From: Deferribacterales bacterium
GTDB taxonomy: Bacteria; Chrysiogenota; Deferribacteres; Deferribacterales; Geovibrionaceae
Direction of reading: 5' to 3'
Assembly: GCA_050253075.1 (NCBI GenBank)
Contig: JBFWJS010000002.1
Span: 416,001 to 480,000 of the forward strand
DNA: 64,000 nt
How positions within the stretch are numbered: position 1 is the stretch's first letter; each line of letters begins with the position of its first letter. Positions 1 to 10,796 of the stretch are shown here, one piece after another. Below the pieces are notes generated by a model. It was not told the DNA's origin, did no database searches, and was given only the letters and a program-made list of their open reading frames with translations. The translations under genes and the position numbers were made by a program.

Positions 1-206
1 GGCTGTACGGTTATCATTCTTGGTTCGGGAGCTGCGAGTGTCGCAACGCCGTTCAGCGGTGTCGGTGTGCCGTAGTAGTCTACGGTGATACCGTCGAACA
101 TCCCTATGGATGCTCTTCCTGTTCTGATAGTTTTAAGTTCTTCCTTGTAATGCTCAATGGTTTTGTCCATTTTGCCTTTCATATCCTTGATGACTGAAGC
201 AGGCAT
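1..206 (-). CDS. frr: Ribosome recycling factor (5' part, runs off window start)
   Basis: Manual translation MPASVIKDMKGKMDKTIEHYKEELKTIRTGRAS...VDYYGTPTPLNGVA...EPRMITVQP; directly downstream of pyrH. Confidence 0.95.
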   Translation of the reverse strand, partial: MPASVIKDMKGKMDKTIEHYKEELKTIRTGRASIGMFDGITVDYYGTPTPLNGVATLAAPEPRMITVQ

Positions 207-208
207 TT

Positions 209-925
209 CTAATCCTCCACTATTGTTCCGACCTTTTCGCCGAGAACAACTTTTTTCATGTTTCCTTTGCCAAATATATCAAATACGATGATTGGTATAT
301 GGTTGTCCATGCAGAGTGAGATAGCGGCAGAGTCCATTACCTTCAGCCCTCTGTTGAGAACGTCGAGGTATGTGATGTTGTCGAATTTCACCGCATCTTT
401 ATTCTTTTTAGGGTCGGATGTGTAAACACCGTCGACCTTTGTAGCTTTAAGTATTACTTCTGCGTTTATCTCCGTACCTCGGAGTGTAGCAGCAGTGTCA
501 GTTGTAAAGTATGGGTTTCCCGTACCGCCGGCGAAGATAACCACACGGCTTTTCTCAAGGTGACGCATTGCACGTCTTCTGATGAACGGTTCTGCGATCT
601 GGCGCATCTCTATGGCTGTCTGCACACGTGTAGGTATGCCGACTTTCTCCAGTCCGTCCTGCAGAGCGAGAGAGTTCATGATAGTGGCGAGCATCCCCAT
701 GTAGTCCGCCGAGACTCTGTCCATGTTACGGGCTGTGCCGTCCATTCCGCGGAAGATGTTCCCCCCGCCGACAACGATGCCCACTCTGACACCGAGTTCC
801 ACGACCTCTTTTACTTCGCTTACGATAAAACTAAGTGTTTCAAAGTTTATACCGTAATCGGACTGGCCCATCAGAGCCTCACCGCTCAGTTTGAGCAGTA
901 TGGTTTTATATACCGGTTCAGCCAC
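209..925 (-). CDS. pyrH: UMP kinase
   Basis: [36 protein letters not shown] motifs. Confidence 0.97.
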   Translation of the reverse strand: MAEPVYKTILLKLSGEALMGQSDYGINFETLSFIVSEVKEVVELGVRVGIVVGGGNIFRGMDGTARNMDRVSADYMGMLATIMNSLALQDGLEKVGIPTRVQTAIEMRQIAEPFIRRRAMRHLEKSRVVIFAGGTGNPYFTTDTAATLRGTEINAEVILKATKVDGVYTSDPKKNKDAVKFDNITYLDVLNRGLKVMDSAAISLCMDNHIPIIVFDIFGKGNMKKVVLGEKVGTIVED

Positions 926-978
926 CTGTCACCCCTTATATTAAGTTCTTATAATTATTGCACAATCAGCTTATATTT

Positions 979-1647
979 TCAATTTATAAGCTTAAAAATA
1001 CGGTCAAATCTATCATACTTTGGATTTAAAAATCTGAAGAAGCTGAGAGGGAATTTAGACCATGCAGAGTTTCTCTCCGGTGTTTCCATAGACCAGTAGA
1101 TCATAAGGGCTTTCCCTTTTATCTTATCTTCGTCTACAAATCCCCAGAAACGGCTGTCATAGCTGTTGTCTCTGTTGTCCCCCATCATGAAGTACTTACC
1201 CTCGGGAACAGTGAATTCCTCGAAGTTGTCCTTTGTGGATATCGCAGCAGGGAGAGGCTCCTGAGAGTTTACCCTGCGGTATTCCTCATTTTGAAGCTCG
1301 CCGTTGATGTAGAGCTGTTTATCTATCATCTTTATCCTGTCGCCGGGTGTGCCTATCACTCTTTTGATAAAGTCTTTATTAGGTTCCAGCGGATATTCGA
1401 AGACGACAACATCCCCCTTCTCAGGGCCGCTGAAAATGTATTCCAGCCTGTTCAGCACGAGGAAATCGCCCACCTTCAGCGTGGAGTACATAGACTCCGA
1501 AGGTATGGTGTATGTCTGAAGGAGCAGACCCTTTATCACCATAGCGATGACGACCGCCACAACGAGCGAATCGAAAAATCCGTCCTTCTTTTTCCCCTTG
1601 TTCTCTTCCTGCTGAATACCTTTATTTACATCTTCCATCTTATTCAT
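979..1647 (-). CDS. lepB: Signal peptidase I
   Basis: IPSESM (catalytic Ser), FIKRVIG (Lys), [14 protein letters not shown]; follows lepA. Confidence 0.95.
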   Translation of the reverse strand: MNKMEDVNKGIQQEENKGKKKDGFFDSLVVAVVIAMVIKGLLLQTYTIPSESMYSTLKVGDFLVLNRLEYIFSGPEKGDVVVFEYPLEPNKDFIKRVIGTPGDRIKMIDKQLYINGELQNEEYRRVNSQEPLPAAISTKDNFEEFTVPEGKYFMMGDNRDNSYDSRFWGFVDEDKIKGKALMIYWSMETPERNSAWSKFPLSFFRFLNPKYDRFDRIFKLIN

Positions 1648-3436
1648 CACCCAGTTTTAACACAGCCATGAAAGCCTCCTGAGGAACTTCCACACTGCCT
1701 ATATTTTTCATTCTCTTTTTACCCGCTTTCTGCTTTTCCAGAAGTTTACGCTTACGGGTTATGTCACCGCCGTAGCACTTGGCAGTAACGTTCTTTCTGT
1801 ATGCCTTCACGGTGGTACGGGCAAGTATCTTATTACCCACCGCCGCCTGAATGGCAATGTCGAACATCTGTCTGTGTATGACGTCTTTCAGCTTTGCTGC
1901 GAGGTCTCGCCCCTTATAGAAAGCCTGATCTTTATGTATGATGATGGACAGGGCGTCCACCTTTTCGCCGTTCAGCAGTACATCCAGCTTCACAAGGTCG
2001 CCGGGCTGATATCCTGCAAATTCATAGTCAAATGACGCATAGCCCTTTGATATAGATTTCAGCTTGTCATAGAAGTCCATAACAACCTCGCTGAGAGGGA
2101 TGGCGTATTCCAGAATAACACGTGTCTCGTTGATGAACTTCATGTTTTTCTGTACGGAGCGTCTCGCAACCATTAGCTGCATTATCCCCCCGACAAATTC
2201 GTTAGGCAGGATGATGGTAGCATCTATCACAGGCTCTTCGATGAGCTCTATGTCGTTTACGTCGGGCATGTCGGCAGGGTTGTCCACCATGATGACTTCG
2301 CCGTTCTTTTTGGTAACTCTGTAGATAACTGTCGGAGCAGTGTTTACAAGGTCGAGGTCGAACTCACGCTCCAGCCTCTCCTGTATGATCTCCATATGCA
2401 GCAGACCGAGGAAACCGCCTCTGAAGCCAAATCCGAGGGCAGCGGATGTCTCAGGCTCGTATGTGATGGAGCTGTCGTTCAGCGAGAGCTTCTCGAGTGC
2501 TTCACGCAGGTCTTCATAGTCCTTTGAATCCACTGGATACATCCCGCAAAAAACAACGGGCTTAACCTTTTTAAACCCCGGGAAAGGTCTCTGTGTGGGT
2601 CTCTTTGCTATGGTGATGGTATCACCGATGTTTATCTCTCTGACATTCTTTATAGATGCAGTGAGGAAGCCCACTTCGCCTGCTACGAGCTTTTCCGTCT
2701 TAGTCGGTTTCGGGTAGAAATAGCCGACGGTATCGACCACACGCTCAGACTTGTTCGACATGAACTGTATCTTGTCCCCGGCTTCCAGAACTCCGTCCAC
2801 CATACGTATCAGTACGATAACACCGAGGTAGGAGTCATACCATGAGTCTACGATCATTGCTTTCAGAGGTTCATCCTCTGAGCCTGCAGGGGCAGGTATT
2901 CTTTTAACTATAGCTTCGAGTATATCCTTCGTACCTATGCCTGATTTAGCACTGGCGAGTATCGCTTCGGATGTATCGATGCCGATGATGTCTTCTATCT
3001 CCACCTTTACCTTTTCGGGGTCGGCGGAAGGCAAGTCTATCTTGTTCAGCACAGGCACCAGCTCAAGCTCCTGATCCACAGCCATATATGCGTTTGCTAT
3101 GGTCTGCGCCTCAACACCCTGTGCGGCATCCACAACAAGCAGTGCGCCTTCGCATGCGGCGAGGCTTCGTGAAACTTCGTATGTGAAGTCAACGTGCCCT
3201 GGTGTATCGATAAGGTTCAGGATGTATTCCTGTCCGTCTTCTGCTTTATATTTAAGGCGGACGGTCTGCGCCTTTACGGTGATGCCACGCTCACGCTCAA
3301 TGTCCATGCTGTCGAGCAGCTGGTCACGCATCTGACGCTTATCCACAGCACTGGTGAACTCTATCAGCCTGTCTGCGATGGTGGATTTACCGTGATCTAT
3401 GTGTGCGATGATACTGAAATTTCTGATCTTGCTCAT
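1640..3436 (-). CDS. lepA: Elongation factor 4 (LepA)
   Basis: [46 protein letters not shown]; start set at MSKIRN. Confidence 0.98.
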   Translation of the reverse strand: MSKIRNFSIIAHIDHGKSTIADRLIEFTSAVDKRQMRDQLLDSMDIERERGITVKAQTVRLKYKAEDGQEYILNLIDTPGHVDFTYEVSRSLAACEGALLVVDAAQGVEAQTIANAYMAVDQELELVPVLNKIDLPSADPEKVKVEIEDIIGIDTSEAILASAKSGIGTKDILEAIVKRIPAPAGSEDEPLKAMIVDSWYDSYLGVIVLIRMVDGVLEAGDKIQFMSNKSERVVDTVGYFYPKPTKTEKLVAGEVGFLTASIKNVREINIGDTITIAKRPTQRPFPGFKKVKPVVFCGMYPVDSKDYEDLREALEKLSLNDSSITYEPETSAALGFGFRGGFLGLLHMEIIQERLEREFDLDLVNTAPTVIYRVTKKNGEVIMVDNPADMPDVNDIELIEEPVIDATIILPNEFVGGIMQLMVARRSVQKNMKFINETRVILEYAIPLSEVVMDFYDKLKSISKGYASFDYEFAGYQPGDLVKLDVLLNGEKVDALSIIIHKDQAFYKGRDLAAKLKDVIHRQMFDIAIQAAVGNKILARTTVKAYRKNVTAKCYGGDITRKRKLLEKQKAGKKRMKNIGSVEVPQEAFMAVLKLGDE

Positions 3437-3640
3437 ATTCCTCTCGAATGCCAAAGCCGGCAATAAGGTGATTTATTTTCTTTTGACTCAAGGCATAGAT
3501 TATGAAAATGAAAGTCTTTCAATAATTTATAACGCCGAAGCAAAAGAAAAGAAACCACGCAGCACAGCTTTGTACGTATCCGCCCAAAATACCTTATATG
3601 GGGTATAAAATTCAAGTAGTTTTATCACAATTCTCATTTA

Positions 3641-3707
3641 GCCATCCTGAACTGAGTGAAGGATATGAAACGTGCAGATTCTTTGTCACGGCATTCCTCA
3701 GAATGAC
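3641..3707. repeat. REP-like palindromic doublet (GTCAT...AATCT family)
   Basis: GCCATCCTGAACTGAGTGAAGGATAT-spacer-AGATTCTTTGTCACGGCATTCCTCAGAATGAC; reverse complement of the right unit resembles the units flanking the GIY-YIG gene at ~30 kb. Confidence 0.7.
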
Positions 3708-3716
3708 AAAAGAGAC

Positions 3717-4910
3717 CTACTTAACGAGGGTGTTGATGGAGAAAAGAGGATCCATTATGGATATAACGATGAAACCGACGACGAGACCGATAAACATGAT
3801 GAAAAGCGGCTCGATAACGGAAACAAATCTGGCGGTGAACTGCTCAGTTTTTCTGGTGTAATAGACATTTACCCTGTCCAGCAGATCCGGCAGGTTGCCG
3901 CTCTTTTCACCCGTGGCAACGGCAGCGACAAAAAGCTCTGTGAAAAGCCCTGTCTCCGTGACACATTCGGAAAATTTACGTCCACCCTTTACGCCCTCTG
4001 CGACCCCTTCCAGAGCCTCTCTTACGTGCAGGTTGCCCATGCCTTCTGCCGTGTTTGTCAGCGCCTCCACCAGCGGAAGCCCCTCACGGAGCTGAAACGC
4101 AAGCACATGCCCCAGTCTGGAAGCTGTGACATCTCTGATAAAAGCTATCTTATACAGCTTCTTATCCACCTTCATGCGGAACTTGCCCTTCTTTGCGTAT
4201 GACCTGCGCACCAGTACGGCGCACACGAGCACCAGCAGAAACACCAGCATCCCGTAATTCTGCAGAAATCCTGCTGTGGCCAGCAGAAGTTTTGTAGACC
4301 CGGGGATATCCGCACCTGCGCTTTTGAATATGCTCTCGAGCTTCGGCACTACGAACGTAAGCATAAAGCCCACAACACCGAGACCGAGCATCATGACAAC
4401 ACTGGGATAGATCATAGCACTGGTGACCTTTTCGCTCGCCTTGCGCTTATCTTCTTCGAATTTTGATATATCGAGCAGGACAGATGCGAGCCTGCCCACC
4501 TTTTCAGATGTGCGTATGAGATGTATGTACAGTTCAGAATAGATATCTTTATAAGGCATCATAGCCTCGGAGAAACGTCGTCCGCTATTCACCTTTTCTT
4601 CCATATCCATCAGAGATTTCTTCATCTTTGTATCTTTGATGGTGTCTGCGGTGACCTTCAGCGCACGGGTGAGAGGTATACCGCTGGAAAGGAGTATCGA
4701 AAGCTGAAAGAAAACGTCTGCCAGCCCTTTTTTACGGAATGATATGCTGAATTTGTCCCTTCTGCGCTTTTCGGATGCCTGCGCAATGCCAGAGACAAGT
4801 ATACCGTCTGAGCTCAGCTTTGCCAGAGCGGCATTCTTACTAGCCGCTTCGAGGTTTCCTTTTACACGCTTTCCCTGTTTATCGAGTCCGTCGTAGGAAA
4901 ATATGGGCAT
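3717..4910 (-). CDS. gspF: Type II secretion inner membrane platform protein F
   Basis: Two T2SSF repeats (SAMIYP, GEKSGNL, VIEP), TM segments; last gene of gspCDEF. Confidence 0.9.
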   Translation of the reverse strand: MPIFSYDGLDKQGKRVKGNLEAASKNAALAKLSSDGILVSGIAQASEKRRRDKFSISFRKKGLADVFFQLSILLSSGIPLTRALKVTADTIKDTKMKKSLMDMEEKVNSGRRFSEAMMPYKDIYSELYIHLIRTSEKVGRLASVLLDISKFEEDKRKASEKVTSAMIYPSVVMMLGLGVVGFMLTFVVPKLESIFKSAGADIPGSTKLLLATAGFLQNYGMLVFLLVLVCAVLVRRSYAKKGKFRMKVDKKLYKIAFIRDVTASRLGHVLAFQLREGLPLVEALTNTAEGMGNLHVREALEGVAEGVKGGRKFSECVTETGLFTELFVAAVATGEKSGNLPDLLDRVNVYYTRKTEQFTARFVSVIEPLFIMFIGLVVGFIVISIMDPLFSINTLVK

Positions 4911-6358
4911 CAGTCATTACCTGAAATTGCGATAATCTCATTCGGTGCGGTGATGCCTGCCATGACAAGCTCGTATCCGTGCACCATCAGAGGTCTGTAT
5001 CCTGTGACCCTCGCCTCTTTCGCTATGGCGGATGAGTCTGCACGCTCGTTTATCAGCCTTCTTATGCCGTCGTTTACGGTGAGTATCTCGAAGACACCTA
5101 TCCTGCCTGAGAATCCTGTATGCATACATTCATCGCAGCCGACGGGCTCGTAATACTTTTCTATCGGCAGCTCTTCCAGCATGAAGAAATCTTTCACATA
5201 TCCTTCCGCCTGAACTTCCTTACGGCATTTCGTGCAGAGCTTTCTGACGAGTCTCTGCCCCACAACAGCCGTTACGGATGATGAAAGGAGGAATGGTTCA
5301 ACCTCCATATCGATAAGCCTTGCTATCGCTGTGGGAGCGTTGTTTGTGTGGAGAGTGGAGAGCACGAGGTGACCCGTAAGGGACGCCTGCACGGCAGCCT
5401 GCGCTGTTTCTGTGTCTCGTATCTCACCTATCAGAATGATGTCGGGGTCCTGTCTGAGGAAAGCCCGCACCGCACTGGCAAACGTAATGTCCACCGCACG
5501 GTTCACCTGAACCTGTGTGATCTTCTCCATATGATATTCCACCGGATCTTCGATGGTCATAATGTTTGTGTCGTCGCTCACCAGCTCCTGAAGAGCGGCG
5601 TAGAGCGTTGTTGTTTTACCCGAGCCTGTCGGGCCGGTAACGAGTATGATGCCGTTAGGTCTGCGGATAGCCTTGCGGAAGGCAGGGACGAGGCTCATGG
5701 GGATACCCGTCTTTTCTATCGTAACCATACTCTTGGATTTCTCCAGAATACGCAAAACAGCCTTTTCACCCGTAACAGACGGAATGGTCGAAACCCTGAT
5801 ATCCACGTCACGGTTACCTATCTTAAGGTTGATACGTCCGTCCTGAGCCTTTCTTGTCTCGGCAACATCGAGGTCGGAGATAACCTTCAGCCTCGCTATT
5901 ACTGATTCCTGCAGGCTCTTCGGATACTGGCGCACTGTCGTCAGCTTTCCGTCTATGCGGAAACGTACGGCGAATTTGCCTGTAAGACCTTCGAAATGGA
6001 TATCACTCGCGCCGTTCTTCGCAGCCTGAATGATGGTCTGGTTCACCAGTTTTATGATAGGCGCATCGTCGTATGATGCAGAGAGAATGTCGGAAACATC
6101 TTCGAAGTCATCGTCTTCGCTGTCATATTCTTCGGAGCGGGCTGCTTCGAGAACCTCCAGCACAGAGAGTATCTCCTGTCTTTCGACACTGCGGAAGGAC
6201 GCCTTTGACCCTGTGGTGAAAACAAGATGGCGAGCCTTGCCGAAGCCTGTTTCGGAGCTGTAGAGTATCACAACGTCTTCGCCGTCCTTAATAGGGGCGA
6301 AGTCACTGCGGTCCGGATATTTCAGATATATATCTATAAGTTGTTCAAAGTCTGTCAT
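4910..6358 (-). CDS. gspE: Type II secretion ATPase E
   Basis: ASDIHFE, GPTGSGKTTT, TIEDPVE, LRQDPDIILIGEIRD, tetracysteine motif. Confidence 0.93.
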   Translation of the reverse strand: MTDFEQLIDIYLKYPDRSDFAPIKDGEDVVILYSSETGFGKARHLVFTTGSKASFRSVERQEILSVLEVLEAARSEEYDSEDDDFEDVSDILSASYDDAPIIKLVNQTIIQAAKNGASDIHFEGLTGKFAVRFRIDGKLTTVRQYPKSLQESVIARLKVISDLDVAETRKAQDGRINLKIGNRDVDIRVSTIPSVTGEKAVLRILEKSKSMVTIEKTGIPMSLVPAFRKAIRRPNGIILVTGPTGSGKTTTLYAALQELVSDDTNIMTIEDPVEYHMEKITQVQVNRAVDITFASAVRAFLRQDPDIILIGEIRDTETAQAAVQASLTGHLVLSTLHTNNAPTAIARLIDMEVEPFLLSSSVTAVVGQRLVRKLCTKCRKEVQAEGYVKDFFMLEELPIEKYYEPVGCDECMHTGFSGRIGVFEILTVNDGIRRLINERADSSAIAKEARVTGYRPLMVHGYELVMAGITAPNEIIAISGND

Positions 6359-8196
6359 TTAAATTCTTTCTTGATCTTTTCGTCTATTGCTTGCTTAAAT
6401 TCTTTTGCTTCGTTCTCTTTCTTTTTAGTTAATTCCATAGCTTCTTCATGAGTTCTTATGATGTTTGCAGAGATGAAAACCATCATATTGGTTTTCTCCG
6501 AACTGCCAGACTTGTTCTTAAACAGCCATCCGAGTACCGGTATGCGTGAAAGCCCGGGCACTGCCGAATTATACATATCAGAGTCGTCTTTTAAGAGACC
6601 CGATATGACCATCATAGCGCCGTTCTTCAGCTTTACCTTTGTCTTTGTAGAACGTGTGAGTGTAACAGGTGCGGTAACATCCACAGTGGACGCAGACACC
6701 TTTTTAACTTCCTGATCGATCTCAAGAGTGATCGTATCGTTTGATGAAATCTGAGGTACTATCTTCAGCTTAACACCCACGTCACGATAGTCATAGGACT
6801 GAACAGGATAACCGTTAGAGTCTGTTCTTGATTCTGTAATGAACGGTCTGTTCTCACCTACAAACACCTCTGCCTCCTGATTATCGAGGGAGAGTATCTG
6901 TGGATTAGACAGAATATTAATATTGTTGGATGACTTCACAAAATTCGCCAATAAGCCCAGCGTAGGAAAGTTAACCCCTTCGTAGGATATAATATTTCCG
7001 AGGACACCGAGGCTGAATCCGCCCGGCAGAGCACCGATAGCTTCACCGTCGACGGCATTGCCTATCATACTGCTGAGGTTTCCGTTAGAGTTGATATAGC
7101 CGATAGAGGCCGCTTCAGAGCTTCCTCCTGCACCGACCTGCCATTCAACACCGAAGTCTTTTGCATTGTCGAAGGATGTCTCAAGGATGAGCGCTTCCAC
7201 ATAAACCTGCTCACGTGCTTTATCCAGCTTATCGATGAGCTGCTCTACCTTTGCGTAGAGGTCAGGGTCGCCGAAAACGATGATGGAGTTTGTCGCTTTA
7301 TCAAATGCCACAGATGATTTAACTGTGGATTTCTTGCCTTTTTCCTGATTCTCTATACCTGTCAGCTTATCCAGCACCTGCTGAACATCTTCCGCACTGG
7401 CGTTGTTCAGGTAAAATACTTTAGGGCTGTTGTGGCTGTTCTGGCTTGGTGAATCTATCTGCTGGATTATGTATGATATCTTCTCAAAGTCCTGATCCGT
7501 ACTGGCGATGAGAAGCATGTTTGAATAGTCGTCTGCTACTATTACAGGCTCGTTTGCCACGAGCATTTTCTTCTGCATGTCTGCATACATCTTTTTCAGC
7601 ATTGTTTCCATGCTGCTGGCTGACGCGTGCTCCACGCTGACTAAGTGTATCTTAATCCCTGTGGCTTTTATCTCGAGCTTTTCCATCAGCTTTTTCAGCT
7701 TTGCTATCCTGTCCACCCTGTCTCTTACTACGATAGCGTTGAGACCTTTCAGCACTTCCAGATAGCCTGCTTTGGATTTCAGCCTGACGAGTGCCGTGGT
7801 GAGGATGTTTGAGTCGAAGTTCCTCGCTGAGAGGATGGTCGTCACGAGAGCATCGCCGCCGCCCGCACCGTCGGAGTCGGAGATGTCGCCGATGTCGCTC
7901 TGGCGCACGATCTCTATATATGTACCCCTGTCAACGATCTCCAGACCGTTGGCTCGGAGTGTGGATGAGAATATCTCCATGATGTCGTCTGTGCCCATCT
8001 CTGAGGACGACTCTATACTGACCTGACCTTTGAGGTCTTTCTTATCATATACAAAGTTTTTACCCGTAAATTCGGACACGAAGCTGACAAATTCCTGCAT
8101 CTCCATATCTCTGAAGTTTACGTTTACATCCGCCGCAAAGGCGAAGGAAGAAAGTGCTATCAAACAAACAATAAAATAAAACTTAATGAATCTCAT
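6355..8196 (-). CDS. gspD: Type II secretion secretin D
   Basis: Signal peptide, N0 domain (VNFRDMEMQEFV), N repeats, secretin C-terminus (VPGLSRIPVLGWLFK). Confidence 0.92.
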   Translation of the reverse strand: MRFIKFYFIVCLIALSSFAFAADVNVNFRDMEMQEFVSFVSEFTGKNFVYDKKDLKGQVSIESSSEMGTDDIMEIFSSTLRANGLEIVDRGTYIEIVRQSDIGDISDSDGAGGGDALVTTILSARNFDSNILTTALVRLKSKAGYLEVLKGLNAIVVRDRVDRIAKLKKLMEKLEIKATGIKIHLVSVEHASASSMETMLKKMYADMQKKMLVANEPVIVADDYSNMLLIASTDQDFEKISYIIQQIDSPSQNSHNSPKVFYLNNASAEDVQQVLDKLTGIENQEKGKKSTVKSSVAFDKATNSIIVFGDPDLYAKVEQLIDKLDKAREQVYVEALILETSFDNAKDFGVEWQVGAGGSSEAASIGYINSNGNLSSMIGNAVDGEAIGALPGGFSLGVLGNIISYEGVNFPTLGLLANFVKSSNNINILSNPQILSLDNQEAEVFVGENRPFITESRTDSNGYPVQSYDYRDVGVKLKIVPQISSNDTITLEIDQEVKKVSASTVDVTAPVTLTRSTKTKVKLKNGAMMVISGLLKDDSDMYNSAVPGLSRIPVLGWLFKNKSGSSEKTNMMVFISANIIRTHEEAMELTKKKENEAKEFKQAIDEKIKKEFK

Positions 8197-9095
8197 CCCT
8201 CTATCTCCACGTAATTCGTTATTTTCTCAGTGCCTCTCATGATGTCTATAGTTATGGCACTGAGGTTTTCTGCATTTTTCAGCGCATCAAAAAAGACCGA
8301 AGGCGACTCAAGTGATTTGCCGTTAAGTCTCATTATAACATCATTCCTATTAATACCCAGTTTAAGAAGTATAGAATCTTTTGTCATCCTGCGCACACGA
8401 TAGCCCTGAAACTCGCCGTTCACTTCGAAAGGAACGATAAGCACCGATTTGATGACCTCGTTAACATCCGAAAGATTTTTAACGACTTCATCTCTCTTTA
8501 TCTTTATGGCTGAGCCTGCGCCGGATTTAGCAGCGGTAGGGGTTTTAGAATAGTTCCCCTTTACTGCGGGGTTGATCTTGTTATTGTTAAGGTCGGCGGC
8601 ATCGGGCATCTCGAGCACCAGTTTGTGCTCTTTGCCGTTCTGCTTAACCACCACATGGTAGAATCCTGTCTCTATAAGCGTGAGTCCGTCCTGCTCCACA
8701 CCGATGGAAAGAATATACTTTTTCCCGTCCAGATCGATAACAGCCATACCGTCATTTTCTCCGGTGAGGACACCGAGCAGTGTGCCTTTAAATGTAGTGG
8801 AGACAGGTACAGCAGGAGATCCGGGTGCAGAGGCTGACGACGCAGCAGAAGGAGAATCGGAGGAGTTACCGCTGAAAACGATAGCTTCGCCGAGTCTGGC
8901 TTTAAAGATGTTCTTGGAGGTTATCAGGTCGGTATCCGGCAAAACAGGCTTTTTAGCCTTTTGTTTTGACGCGGAGCCTGTCTGAATATTAAGCTCTCCT
9001 ATAGTCGACATCCCTAACCATCCGCTAACAGCCCATGCAAGACAAAACGCTGCAGCAGAGCAATAAATCAGGTAACGATAATTATATATCCTCAT
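8193..9095 (-). CDS. gspC: Type II secretion protein C with C-terminal PDZ domain
   Basis: N-terminal TM, HR domain (LLGVLTG...AVI), PDZ-like LGINRNDVIMRLNG; upstream of gspD. Confidence 0.8.
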   Translation of the reverse strand: MRIYNYRYLIYCSAAAFCLAWAVSGWLGMSTIGELNIQTGSASKQKAKKPVLPDTDLITSKNIFKARLGEAIVFSGNSSDSPSAASSASAPGSPAVPVSTTFKGTLLGVLTGENDGMAVIDLDGKKYILSIGVEQDGLTLIETGFYHVVVKQNGKEHKLVLEMPDAADLNNNKINPAVKGNYSKTPTAAKSGAGSAIKIKRDEVVKNLSDVNEVIKSVLIVPFEVNGEFQGYRVRRMTKDSILLKLGINRNDVIMRLNGKSLESPSVFFDALKNAENLSAITIDIMRGTEKITNYVEIEG

Positions 9096-9125
9096 GCTAC
9101 ATGCTTACCACGAATGAAGAGAATT

Positions 9126-9536
9126 TCAAACTATAAAAATGTTGAAGTTATAAAAAACATGTAAAATCATCGAATAATGTATTTTCCCAGTCCTATCATA
9201 TAGAAAACCGAATATAAGAGAAGGTATATAAACGAATATGGAGTGAGACACACCCCACACAAACACATGTGTGAATGCAAAGAGGAGAGACGCCATAATA
9301 TTCGCATATGATACGAAATATAGCCCGCCTGTGAGCTTCTGTTTTATCCACGCCTGCACCACGCCTCTGAAAAACATCTCCTCCGCCGCAGGGGCGAGTA
9401 TCAGCATCATAAAGACAGAGGCAAGGGGGAGCATGCGCAGTTCCCCGCCGTTTAAAATGCGGAAAGCAAACCATGCAAAACCGAAAGCCATAAAAATAAT
9501 TAACATAAAAATGTCAGATTGTTGATTTCTCTTCAT
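9126..9536 (-). CDS. CPBP (Abi/CAAX) family intramembrane glutamic endopeptidase
   Basis: AEEMFFRG, SLLFAFTH, ILHVFYN motifs; hydrophobic; start set at MKRNQQ because the longer ORF call overlaps gspG. Confidence 0.85.
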   Translation of the reverse strand: MKRNQQSDIFMLIIFMAFGFAWFAFRILNGGELRMLPLASVFMMLILAPAAEEMFFRGVVQAWIKQKLTGGLYFVSYANIMASLLFAFTHVFVWGVSHSIFVYIPSLIFGFLYDRTGKIHYSMILHVFYNFNIFIV

Positions 9537-9612
9537 AACTAAACTATCTATTGTATAAAATGTTTTTGTCAAATATAATCTACAGCATACACTATTTATT
9601 CGGAGTTTGGTT

Positions 9613-10038
9613 ATGAGAAATAATAAAGGATTCACCATCATAGAAGTGCTTGTCGTTATTGTTATCCTCGGTATTCTGGGCAGTCTGCTCGTACCGAAGT
9701 TCCTCGATAAGCCTGACGAGGCGAGAGTCGCCAAAGCAAACCTTGACATCAAAGCCATCGAATCTGCCCTTAAGATATACAAGCTGGAAAACAGCGTATA
9801 CCCCACAACAGAGCAGGGACTCGAGGCACTCATCAGAAAGCCCGAGGTAGAGCCTATCCCTAAAAACTACAAACGCGGCGGATACATCGAAGAAAACAGC
9901 ATCAAAGACCCATGGGACAACGACTATGTCTATCGCAGCCCCGGCGAAGATGACAGAGACTACGAGATCATCTCTTACGGTGCCGACGGCAAAGAGGGCG
10001 GCGAAGACTTCAACACCGACATCAAAAGTTACGAGTAA
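9613..10038 (+). CDS. gspG: Major pseudopilin G
   Basis: [10 protein letters not shown] prepilin site; [29 protein letters not shown]. Confidence 0.96.
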   Translation: MRNNKGFTIIEVLVVIVILGILGSLLVPKFLDKPDEARVAKANLDIKAIESALKIYKLENSVYPTTEQGLEALIRKPEVEPIPKNYKRGGYIEENSIKDPWDNDYVYRSPGEDDRDYEIISYGADGKEGGEDFNTDIKSYE

Positions 10039-10041
10039 ATC

Positions 10042-10464
10042 ATGAAAAAACAGGGGTTTACCCTTGTAGAGATACTGATAGTTATAATTATCTCGGGACT
10101 CGCTCTTATGACCGTAGTCCCGAAGATAGCTCAAAACACCATCCTTTCCGATTCCACGGAAACATTTTTCAACGACATCATAGAAAAGCACCTTGCAATG
10201 GCTGACGAGCTGGGAATGTCTGTTTATATCAGAGGCACCACAGGCTCGCCCGACATACGCCTTTACAACGAAAAAGAGGATACGATAGTAACCATCCCCA
10301 AAGGCGACGTGAAATCTGCGTACATAAACGACGAGCTGGAAGACGGCTTGGAATACCGCATATATTTCTATCCCGACGGCGTGTTCGACCACTTCCGACT
10401 CGTATTCGGCGATAAGGAAGAGATAGAGGGCATCCCTATACTGCATAAGGCGGTGACACGATGA
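10042..10464 (+). CDS. gspH: Minor pseudopilin H
   Basis: GFTLVEILIV N-methylation motif; IYFYPDG near C-terminus; position after gspG. Confidence 0.75.
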   Translation: MKKQGFTLVEILIVIIISGLALMTVVPKIAQNTILSDSTETFFNDIIEKHLAMADELGMSVYIRGTTGSPDIRLYNEKEDTIVTIPKGDVKSAYINDELEDGLEYRIYFYPDGVFDHFRLVFGDKEEIEGIPILHKAVTR

Positions 10465-10796
10465 AGAAGGGATTCACACTGCTGGAGGTTCTCATAGCTA
10501 TGGCGGTGCTGTCTATCAGCATGCTCGGCATATACAGACTGTCTGCCATGTCGGTGGAGATGTCCGACTACGCAAAGGAGAAGACTCTGGTGACGGAAGC
10601 CGGCTATCAGCGTGTGCTGGAAGTATTGAACTATCCGGGCAAGGTATTTAAGGATAAGGGGCGCAATGTAATGGGCATCAGCGTCAACTACACCAGCGAC
10701 ACGGAATCGACCATATTCCCGGGTGTAAACGAGATAACCCTTACCACAGAACACGAAGGAGTAAGCACTGTCTATGTCTATTACGAACAGCAGTAA
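10461..10796 (+). CDS. gspI: Minor pseudopilin I
   Basis: GFTLLEVLIAMAVLSI; size and position. Confidence 0.8.
   Translation: MKKGFTLLEVLIAMAVLSISMLGIYRLSAMSVEMSDYAKEKTLVTEAGYQRVLEVLNYPGKVFKDKGRNVMGISVNYTSDTESTIFPGVNEITLTTEHEGVSTVYVYYEQQ

Noticed and set aside
9592..10446. 284-aa minus-strand ORF, and the 235-aa extended call for the CPBP gene
   Set aside because: They overlap gspG/gspH on the opposite strand; only 9126-9536 has CPBP motifs.
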